Both the position numbers and the translations under genes were made by a program. From positions 3,005 through 67,004 of the forward strand of contig JACSRF010000600.1 of the NCBI GenBank assembly GCA_014879875.1: 64,000 nt of DNA, read 5' to 3'. Source of the DNA: Anaerolinea sp. Lineage in GTDB: Bacteria > Chloroflexota > Anaerolineae > Promineifilales > Promineifilaceae. The notes under the pieces are model-generated. The model saw only the letters and a list, made by a program, of their open reading frames with translations. It ran no database searches and was not told the origin of the DNA. Shown piece by piece: positions 9,410 to 16,794 of this stretch. Position 1 is the stretch's first letter. Each line of letters opens with the position of its first letter.

Positions 9410-11248
9410 ATGATTTTCATATTTCGTGGTAACGTTTGTGGTCGTATTTGTGATGAATGCAGCGAACCCCTGGACAACGTACTCATCCGTCTCTATCGCC
9501 CGGTGGCTGGCGCCAATCTGGCGCTGCAAGCCGTCACCGCCGCCAAACACACTATTGCCGTTTTGTCTGACGAAGCAGTGAAAGCAAAAGCGGAAAGATT
9601 GTTGGCAGAGGTGGCGACAGATGAACGCGGGAATTTCCTCTTTGAACTGGATGGCGACAAATTGAATTATATGGGCGACGCCATGGAAATTGACGTGCGC
9701 CTGACGCATGTCCCCCACCAGGTGAGCGCCAAAAATGATCCGGTGCAGTTCACGATCACCACCTTGCAGCCAGCCTGGCACGAGCGGGACAACGCGCTGA
9801 TCGCGCATTGGGAATATTGCCTTCCGGCGCGTATCTGGTGCGCCATTCGCGCTTTGTTTGATGCGTGGGTGATTTGTGGCCGGGTGATTGTGGGGGCAAC
9901 CGGCGTGCCCGTACCGAACGTGGTGGTACATGCTTTTGACAATGATTGGATCACCGATGATCCCTTGGGGCAGGCGACGACGAATAGCAACGGCCGTTTC
10001 CGCATTGATTACACCTCGCTCACCTTCAAACAAACCTTCCTTTCTCCTGTCATCAACGTAGAAACACCTCTGTTCGCGTCCGCAGTTGGCCCCGACGTTT
10101 ACTTCCACGTAGACACCTTGCTCAATGTGCCCCTGCTGCACGAAGACCCAAGTATTGGGTATACCAGCAGCCGCGAAAATGTCGGTAATTGTTTCTGCGT
10201 CACGCTGGCGCTGCAAGAAGGTCCTGGTGATGATCCCCAGACTGAACCGCTGCCGGTATTCAATCGGGTTGGCGGCTACAATTTCCTCACGCAAATTGAC
10301 AGCGCGCCGGCCGGTGATGGGAAAACATTGGGCGATGACCGCGCTTTTTACAGCACGCTGCGACTGAATGGCATTTTGCCCAAGCGCATCAATGGCAACG
10401 CTTGCGAATACGTGTTTGAGGTCGCCGAATGGTCGGGCGGCGTGTTGGGGGCGTTTACCCAGGTTCCATTAACGCAAATTGCCAAAACGCACATTGGCGA
10501 TTTGCAGCGCGTGACGGCCGATCCCATCAACCCTGTGCAAACCGATCCCTATTACGTGAACGGCAACCCGGTCACGGAACTGGTCGCCACGGTGACAGGC
10601 GATGGTTGGATTCACGTGCCGCAGCAGAGCAACGCCTATGGGCCTGGTTATTTCCAGCCCAACGGCAACATGATCCGCCTGATTTCGACGCAGTTGACCA
10701 GCCAGGCGCTCGACATGGCCGGTTTGCTGGCGGGGCAGAGCGCCACCAGCACCGGGCAGCCATTGGCGCAAAATCATTATTTTGCCCTGCGCATGTGGGT
10801 GCGCGAAGCGGGCAATCCGGCCTCGGCGCAGTTGGCGGGCACGTGCCAGCGGTTGGCGATCTGCAATGCGCGTTATAACAACGTGCCGCAGGGCGGCTCC
10901 TGGGCGCCTTCCCTGGAGAACAACGCCCTGGCTGCGCATACCATTGATCTTGAAGAACTGCAAACGGCCGGCGGCTGCGCCCAAATCACCACGGCGCTGA
11001 CGGTGTTTTACACGGCCGCTGCCGCCAACCTGGGCAGCGTCACGGTGAGCATGACCGGGCCGGGTGGGCCATACAGCTTTGCGCCCATTGCCAGCAGCCC
11101 CGACACATTTGGAACGGCCGTGCCCCTGTTCAACGTCGCCACCCTGGCCCCCTGCGCCTACACCGTGCAAATCTCGGTGCAGGTGTTGCTGACCACTGGC
11201 GACAGCATCCCCGACAACTTGTGGGATCAACTCGCTTTTTGTAAATAA
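9410..11248 (+). CDS. hypothetical protein with two transthyretin/carboxypeptidase-regulatory-like beta-sandwich segments; no signal peptide
   Basis: ORF 9167..11248, but its first 80 codons cover the etfA terminator. ATG at 9410 follows GGAGG. MIFIFRGNVCGRICDECSEPLDNVLIRLYR and VICGRVIVGATGVPVPNVVVHAFDND...TNSNGRFRIDY resemble CarboxypepD_reg-type folds. The remaining ~400 aa are unrecognised. Confidence 0.7.
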   Translation: MIFIFRGNVCGRICDECSEPLDNVLIRLYRPVAGANLALQAVTAAKHTIAVLSDEAVKAKAERLLAEVATDERGNFLFELDGDKLNYMGDAMEIDVRLTHVPHQVSAKNDPVQFTITTLQPAWHERDNALIAHWEYCLPARIWCAIRALFDAWVICGRVIVGATGVPVPNVVVHAFDNDWITDDPLGQATTNSNGRFRIDYTSLTFKQTFLSPVINVETPLFASAVGPDVYFHVDTLLNVPLLHEDPSIGYTSSRENVGNCFCVTLALQEGPGDDPQTEPLPVFNRVGGYNFLTQIDSAPAGDGKTLGDDRAFYSTLRLNGILPKRINGNACEYVFEVAEWSGGVLGAFTQVPLTQIAKTHIGDLQRVTADPINPVQTDPYYVNGNPVTELVATVTGDGWIHVPQQSNAYGPGYFQPNGNMIRLISTQLTSQALDMAGLLAGQSATSTGQPLAQNHYFALRMWVREAGNPASAQLAGTCQRLAICNARYNNVPQGGSWAPSLENNALAAHTIDLEELQTAGGCAQITTALTVFYTAAAANLGSVTVSMTGPGGPYSFAPIASSPDTFGTAVPLFNVATLAPCAYTVQISVQVLLTTGDSIPDNLWDQLAFCK

Positions 11249-11267
11249 GAGTAGCAAAGCCGTTGGT

Positions 11268-11313
11268 TAGTTTGTTTGATGGTTGGTTTGCCAACCAACC
11301 ATCAAACAAACTA
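11268..11313 (+). repeat. 21-bp perfect inverted repeat (hairpin) downstream of the hypothetical gene
   Basis: TAGTTTGTTTGATGGTTGGTT-TGCC-AACCAACCATCAAACAAACTA. It shares the TTGGTTAG/CTAACCAA core with a hairpin at 59717-59755. Confidence 0.85.
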
Positions 11314-11540
11314 GCAAACCCCCTCAACCCCCTCTTTTCTCATCCCCTGATTATTTTCTCCTAACATTTTCTGAACAAATTACGACTACGATACATCCTG
11401 TTTTGGACAAAATTGAGACAACGGGTGTATTTCAGGTAAGGTAAGGCATAGATTTGCGGATGAAGGATTGCGTCGCATCCGTAAATCCTGCTCATCCGTT
11501 GTCTACCGGAAATGAAACTCAATGCCAAAGGAGAAGATAG

Positions 11541-12227
11541 ATGACGAAAAAACTGTATTTGCTGTCCATACTGACAATTTTTGCGTTTTTGTTAACAGGT
11601 TGTTTTGCTTTGCAGGAGGCGGAAGGATCGAGCGGCGCTGTCGTCGCCCCGACGTTGGCCGCCGTTGACGCGGCGACCGGGCAGAATGCGAGTGGGACGG
11701 TTTACACCATAGACGCGGCGCGGTCTGAAGCGCGTTTCTCCATTGACGAGGTGCTGCGCGGCTCAGATTTCACCGTTGTCGGCGTCACCAACAATGTGGC
11801 CGGGCAAGTTGCCCTGGACGTGAACAACCCCGCCGCGGCCCAAATGGGCGCAATTGTCATCAATGCCCGTGACCTGGCAACGGACGACGATTTTCGCAAT
11901 AATGCCATCAGAAACAGGATTCTGCTGACGGATAATTATGAATTTATCACCTTCACGCCGAAAACGTTGGTCGGGCTGCCGGACAGCGTGACTGTGGGGC
12001 AGCCGTATGATCTGCAAATCGTCGGCGACCTGACGATGGCCGGGCAGATGCAAGAAGTGACCTTCGCCGCCACCGTAACGTTAAATTCGGCGACCGAGAT
12101 GCAAGGAACGGCAACGGCCGTCATCGCCTATGCCGATTGGGGGGTTCGCGTGCCGTTGTCGCAGACGGTAACGGCCGTTGCCGATCAAGTCACCCTGGAA
12201 CTCGCCTTCGTCGCCGTCGCGCCATAA
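11541..12227 (+). CDS. YceI-family lipoprotein
   Basis: 228 aa with lipobox LLTGC. YTIDAARSEARFSIDEVLRG... and the later ...TFAATVT... beta-barrel pattern are typical of the YceI-like domain. Confidence 0.8.
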   Translation: MTKKLYLLSILTIFAFLLTGCFALQEAEGSSGAVVAPTLAAVDAATGQNASGTVYTIDAARSEARFSIDEVLRGSDFTVVGVTNNVAGQVALDVNNPAAAQMGAIVINARDLATDDDFRNNAIRNRILLTDNYEFITFTPKTLVGLPDSVTVGQPYDLQIVGDLTMAGQMQEVTFAATVTLNSATEMQGTATAVIAYADWGVRVPLSQTVTAVADQVTLELAFVAVAP

Positions 12228-12259
12228 TAACCTCGCCCAATTCACAGAGAGTCATGAGA

Positions 12260-12291
12260 AGCCCTGAGTGCAGCCACTCAGGGCTTTTTTT
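12260..12291 (+). terminator. rho-independent terminator
   Basis: AGCCCTGAGTG-CAGC-CACTCAGGGCT followed by TTTTTTT. Confidence 0.85.
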
Positions 12292-12377
12292 CATGGGGCA
12301 GTTCATTCACAATCCGCGCATTCCCGTTATAATGTGAGGAGATGACATGCGCGGTACGCACCACCATGAATGAAAGC

Positions 12378-12410
12378 TGTAGCCCAAGTTGCTAACCTGG
12401 GCTACATTTT
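12378..12410 (+). terminator. hairpin plus short T-run inside the rsgA leader
   Basis: TGTAGCCCA-N11-TGGGCTACA followed by TTTT. It overlaps the 3' end of a 17-codon mini-ORF (12342-12395). Confidence 0.5.
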
Positions 12411-12523
12411 CAGGACAGACCACCGGAGTTGCAAAACCTCGGAGGTGCGCGCCCCGCACAGCGCCGAACTGATTACCGAACACCGAACACCGATTACTGA
12501 ATTACCATCATGGAGGCTGATCT

Positions 12524-13465
12524 CTGAAACAACTAGAAGGACTTGTCATTAAGGCGCAAAGCGGCTTTTTTACCGTGCGCACAGCGGAAGGGGATTTTAT
12601 CGCCACCATTCCGGGGCGCTTGAAGAAGGAGCGGCTGGAAACGGACATTGTGGCCGCCGGGGATCGGGTGACCATCTCTATTCAAGATCGTGATACGAAT
12701 TTGATTGAAGCGGTGACCGAGCGCAAGTCGGTGTTGTCGCGGGTACGGCCGTCGGCAGGCGCGCGCAATCTCTCATCTGACCGGGAACAGGTATTGGTCG
12801 CCAACCCCGACCAACTGGTTTTTGTATTTTCAGTGAAAAACCCAACCCCCAATTTGCGCAAATTAGACCGCTTTTTGGTGGTGGCGGAATTAAACACGCT
12901 GCCGGCCGTCATTTGCGTGAACAAAGTTGACCTGGGCGGGGTAGAGCATGCGCAGCAGCAGTTCCAACTTTATGCAGACATTGGCTATGAGGTGATCTAC
13001 ACCAGCGTTAAGGCAAATATTGGCCTGGATGCGCTGCGCGACTGTTTACGCGGCAAGCTGTCTGTGTTGACCGGGTCGTCGGGCGTGGGCAAATCGAGCT
13101 TGCTGAATGCGTTGCAGCCGGGGCTGGGCTTGCAGGTGCGCGAAGTGAGCGGGACGACCGGCAAAGGGCTGCACACGACGCGCCATACGGAATTATTTCC
13201 GCTGGACGTTGGCGGCTACGTGGCGGATACGCCAGGGATTCGCGGGTTGGCATTGTTCGACGTGGAGCCGACGGAATTGGATGGGTATTTTCGAGAAATC
13301 GCGCCGCTGGTGGCTTCCTGCCAATTTAACGACTGCACCCACACGCATGAACCGAAGTGTGCGGTGGTTGCCGGGGTGAAAAACGGCCGTATCCACCCCG
13401 ACCGGTACCAAAGTTATTTGCGTTTACGCGAAGAACATGAAAAACTAGATGAAGCGCTTTATTAG
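12524..13465 (+). CDS. rsgA: ribosome small-subunit-dependent GTPase A
   Basis: The ORF track starts at GTG 12575. However, the conserved OB-fold N-terminus (LEGLVIKAQSGFFTV) is encoded upstream, in frame. The only candidate start there is CTG 12524, 7 nt after GGAGG. G motifs are NKVDL and GSSGVGKSSLLNAL, with the Zn knuckle C..C.H..EP.C. Confidence 0.85.
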   Translation: MKQLEGLVIKAQSGFFTVRTAEGDFIATIPGRLKKERLETDIVAAGDRVTISIQDRDTNLIEAVTERKSVLSRVRPSAGARNLSSDREQVLVANPDQLVFVFSVKNPTPNLRKLDRFLVVAELNTLPAVICVNKVDLGGVEHAQQQFQLYADIGYEVIYTSVKANIGLDALRDCLRGKLSVLTGSSGVGKSSLLNALQPGLGLQVREVSGTTGKGLHTTRHTELFPLDVGGYVADTPGIRGLALFDVEPTELDGYFREIAPLVASCQFNDCTHTHEPKCAVVAGVKNGRIHPDRYQSYLRLREEHEKLDEALY

Positions 13466-13512
13466 GGCGTCGGGCGTCGGTTCACCGATTACTGATTGCC
13501 GGCGTCGGGAAG

Positions 13513-14484
13513 ATGAAGATGCAAGGAAGTAGACGCGCAGCATTGATTCAGGTTATTGCCCTCACCCTCTTGGCCTTGTTATTGGGGGCGTGCGCTGGGG
13601 GGGGGACGGCCGTTGCCACCCCTATTGGCGCCACGGGCATTCCTGTCGGCGCGGAGTTTGCTCCTTTCTATGCCGCCGCTGGCGGTGCGCGCGTGTTTGG
13701 CTACCCCATCACCGAGGCGTTCCAACCGGCAACGGATGAGCCGTTAACCCAATATTTCCAAACGATGCGCCTGGATTATCGCCCTGAACAACCGGCCGGC
13801 CAGCAAGTGACCGTTTACCCACTGGGCGAATGGGCTTTTGCCGGCGTGTTGAAACCAGAACCGGCGCCGGTTGCGGAGAACGGCCGTTCCCGCCTCTTCC
13901 CAGAAACGGGTTATACCGTGCAAGATGAATTTTTGACTTTTTATGAGGATCACGCCGATGTGCAGCTTTTTGGGCCTCCCATTTCCCCACAGCTAGACGA
14001 GGGGGGCTTGCGCGTGCAATATTTTCGCAATGGGCGGTTGGAATGGCGGCCCGAACTGCCGGTGGTGCAGCGCGTGCAGGTCAGCCTGTTGGGACAGGCG
14101 CATTTTGACACGGTGATGGTCTTCCGTTACCGGCAAATTTATGCGGCGCGCCCGGTGTCATCGGCCGGGCTTACGGAAGTAAACGTCGCCGCGGCGGTGA
14201 AGTCGTCAGTGCTCTATGCCGGGGATGAGCAGGTGTTGTACGTGACGGTGCAAACAGCAGACGGCCGTGCCGTACCCGACCTGTTGGTTGCTGTGACCAT
14301 CACTTACGCAGAACAAAGCCAGATTGTAGAACTTGGCCGGACTGACGCTGACGGCCGTATTCAAACAAAACTTGACTTAACGGCCATTCCCCCTGGTAAT
14401 CAGGTACAGCTTCTGGTCACGGCATATGCCATCAACGGCGACCCCATCGGCGCGGCTATGTTGGGCTTTCGTACCTGGTGGTAA
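13513..14484 (+). CDS. secreted lipoprotein with LGFP-like repeats and a C-terminal Ig-like domain
   Basis: Signal/lipobox ...LLLGACAGGG. Repeats VFGYPITEAF...TQYFQTMRLDY and LFGPPISPQL...VQYFRNGRLEW. The C-terminus has a beta-sandwich-like pattern. Confidence 0.65.
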   Translation: MKMQGSRRAALIQVIALTLLALLLGACAGGGTAVATPIGATGIPVGAEFAPFYAAAGGARVFGYPITEAFQPATDEPLTQYFQTMRLDYRPEQPAGQQVTVYPLGEWAFAGVLKPEPAPVAENGRSRLFPETGYTVQDEFLTFYEDHADVQLFGPPISPQLDEGGLRVQYFRNGRLEWRPELPVVQRVQVSLLGQAHFDTVMVFRYRQIYAARPVSSAGLTEVNVAAAVKSSVLYAGDEQVLYVTVQTADGRAVPDLLVAVTITYAEQSQIVELGRTDADGRIQTKLDLTAIPPGNQVQLLVTAYAINGDPIGAAMLGFRTWW

Positions 14485-14709
14485 AGAACGAGAATTTAAT
14501 GACGTGCCCGTTTGTAGTAACCGCTTTAGCGGGTTCCTGGACAAGCCAGAAAAGAATTTAATACGAAGGCACAAAGATAGAAAGATACAAAGAAAAAGAA
14601 AACCCTTTGTTTCTTTGTTTCTTTGTTTCTTTGTATCTTTGTATTAAAAGTTCTTTGTATTAAAAGTTCTTGCGCAACGGGTAAGCATCTGACTTGAAAG
14701 GTACTAAGA

Positions 14710-15555
14710 TCAGGTGAAGGCAAAATCGAGTTTACGCAGGTACCAACGGCCGTCAATCATATCTGCCACCTCTTGGGCGAGGGTAACGGCCGTTGTATAC
14801 CGGTCATCCGGCTCTTTTGCCATTGCTTTGTTGATGATCTCCGCCCAACCGGGCTGCAAATCAGGCCGTTCGCGGCGCAAATCGGGCACGGGTTCATTCA
14901 CATGCGCCAGCGCCGTTTCTAACGGTGCGCGGTTGGGGTAGGGGGGCGCGCCGGTTAACGCTTCGTAGAGGACACAGCCAAGAGCGTAGATGTCAGCACG
15001 GCCGTCTAGCGGTATGCCTCTGACTTGCTCTGGACTCATGTAGGTGGGCGTACCAACCAGCAGCCCTTGTGTCTGGCCGGTGGGGCGATTGACAAATTTT
15101 GCCAGACCAAAATCAGAAAGATAAGCCAGTCCGTCGTCATCAAGCAAGATATTGGCCGGTTTCAGGTCACGATGGACGATGCCGCGCCGGTGGGCATACG
15201 CCAACCCTTGCGCCACCCGCTGCAAAACCTGTGAAAATTGGTGTGGCGACAATGTTTCCGCGCTTAATTTATCTTGCAGCGTGCCTCCTGGCATGTGGCG
15301 CATGACGATGTAAGGTTGGTCGCCGTGCAGACCAAAATCGCAAATGGGCACAATCGCATCATGTTCCAAGGCGGCGACAGCCTCCGCTTCGCGGAAAAAG
15401 TAGTCGCGGTAAATGTCGTCGTCGGTTAGCGCAAAGGACATGACCTTAACGGCCACGTGGCGCTTGATAGCGGGATCGTAGCCCAGATAAACGGCCGCCA
15501 TGCCCCCTTCCCCCAGTTCGCTTTGTATTTCATATCGTCCAATGTGCATGATCAC
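14710..15555 (-). CDS. serine/threonine protein kinase (catalytic domain only)
   Basis: 281 aa. Motifs VAVKVM, HRDLKPANILL, DFGLAK, GTPTYMSPEQ. Confidence 0.9.
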   Translation of the reverse strand: MIMHIGRYEIQSELGEGGMAAVYLGYDPAIKRHVAVKVMSFALTDDDIYRDYFFREAEAVAALEHDAIVPICDFGLHGDQPYIVMRHMPGGTLQDKLSAETLSPHQFSQVLQRVAQGLAYAHRRGIVHRDLKPANILLDDDGLAYLSDFGLAKFVNRPTGQTQGLLVGTPTYMSPEQVRGIPLDGRADIYALGCVLYEALTGAPPYPNRAPLETALAHVNEPVPDLRRERPDLQPGWAEIINKAMAKEPDDRYTTAVTLAQEVADMIDGRWYLRKLDFAFT

Positions 15556-15655
15556 TCCCTGCCGGTGGTCGGTAGTCGGTGATCCGAATACCGATTACGA
15601 ATGCCTTGTCTGGGTAGGATAGCGAGAACGGCCACAGCAGACAATCAAACTATAG

Positions 15656-16462
15656 TCAGGGAGCCGCGTTTTGCCGCACAAGAAAGGCGAGTTCGGTGGC
15701 AAAGGGGAAACGTCGTACCGTCCAATCCCGCCCGGCGGCCCAGGCGTCAAACTGTGCTTCGTAGGTGGCGACCATGCCTTTGCTGCGCCCGCCCAGGCTG
15801 GCAACGGGAAAGCTGATGAGCAGGTAGCGGGCATTGAGGGCGTCGAGGAGGTGAGGAACGGCCGTTTTCTCCACCTGCTCCAGCACCGGCAGCAGCTTCA
15901 GCAGCAGGGCCAGGTCCACCGGCTGCGTTGGTGGGTCGCTGATGACGTCACGCACGGCCGTTTCTCCCTGCACCCCTGCTAACGCCAAAAACTCGCCCAC
16001 AAAGCAAACCATGTCTGCGTAAATGTCATAGCCAATATACCGCGTATCGGCCGTAAATGGCATCCACGGCCATGCCAGCCCATTCAACCCGCAAGCCACG
16101 TCCATCACCGAACGCAGCGGCGGCAAATCGGCCAAAATTGTTGTGTAAAACATTTCCAAAATAGGCAGCCGTTCATGGGTAGAGGCGTGCAGCCCCATCA
16201 CCGCGCGGCAGGCAGCGCGCAAAGCGGCCTCATTCCCCGCTGCTGCCCGCAAATCGGCCAGCGCCCGCGCATAATCAATTTTCGCCTCGAAATAGGCGCC
16301 GCCGACCTGATGCAGCTTATTTTTGGTGGCTTTCACCGCTTCCTTCAAGCCGCGCCGCGCCGCCAACTCCCGCGCGCCAATGCGCCGCACCAGGTCCGGG
16401 CTGATGTGCTGGTACTTGGGGGAGATGAGAACGGCCGTTACTAACCCATCAAGCTCATTCAC
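15656..16462 (-). CDS. FmrO/Rmt/ArmA-family 16S rRNA (guanine1405-N7)-methyltransferase
   Basis: Recalled alignment to RmtB-type enzymes: SPKYQHISPDLVRRI, NKLHQVGGAY, GLHASTHERL, VMDVACGLNGLA, DLALLLKLLPVLE, SFPVASLGGRSKGM, TELAFLV. I place the start at GTG 16462, which overlaps the upstream stop as GTGAATGA. Confidence 0.8.
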   Translation of the reverse strand: MNELDGLVTAVLISPKYQHISPDLVRRIGARELAARRGLKEAVKATKNKLHQVGGAYFEAKIDYARALADLRAAAGNEAALRAACRAVMGLHASTHERLPILEMFYTTILADLPPLRSVMDVACGLNGLAWPWMPFTADTRYIGYDIYADMVCFVGEFLALAGVQGETAVRDVISDPPTQPVDLALLLKLLPVLEQVEKTAVPHLLDALNARYLLISFPVASLGGRSKGMVATYEAQFDAWAAGRDWTVRRFPFATELAFLVRQNAAP

Positions 16463-16757
16463 GATTCCCCACCCTGGCCAACCGCCGCAACCAATCAGCA
16501 AAATGTGGACATTGCGCCTGCATGAGCGATAACTCAATCCGTTGGGCAATCAGGTTGCCATGGAACACCTTTTTGTAAGCGGGAAATAGTTTTTCTAATC
16601 GTTTTGAGGGGGATGTTTGCGCATTGTCGTTGAAGTTGCTTTTGCCCGCGCCATTCGCGCCAATCAAGATATTTAATGGTCGCAGTTCAAACGCTTGCAA
16701 GCTACGAATAGACTTAAAGCCTTCAATGGTTATGTCCTGAATTGGCGTTCCCATCAA
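16455..16757 (-). pseudogene. deletion remnant fusing an AAA/ABC-type ATPase N-terminus to a DUF4276-like C-terminus
   Basis: 100-aa ORF. Residues 1-41 (ITIEGFKSIRSLQAFELRPLNILIGANGAGKSNF) form an AAA_21/OLD-like Walker A N-terminus. Residues 45-95 (SPSKRLEKLFPAYKKVFHGNLIAQRIELSLMQAQCPHFADWLRRL) match the C-terminal tail I remember for DUF4276 proteins. Everything between is missing. Confidence 0.55.
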
Positions 16758-16794
16758 TTTTTCCTTTGGGTTTGGTCGAAAATAAGGTTTGAGT

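Noticed and set aside
12347-12373. MRGTHHHE mini-ORF as a histidine-operon attenuator leader
   Set aside because: It has only three His codons, and the downstream gene is rsgA rather than a his biosynthesis gene. Kept only as part of the generic leader/attenuator observation.
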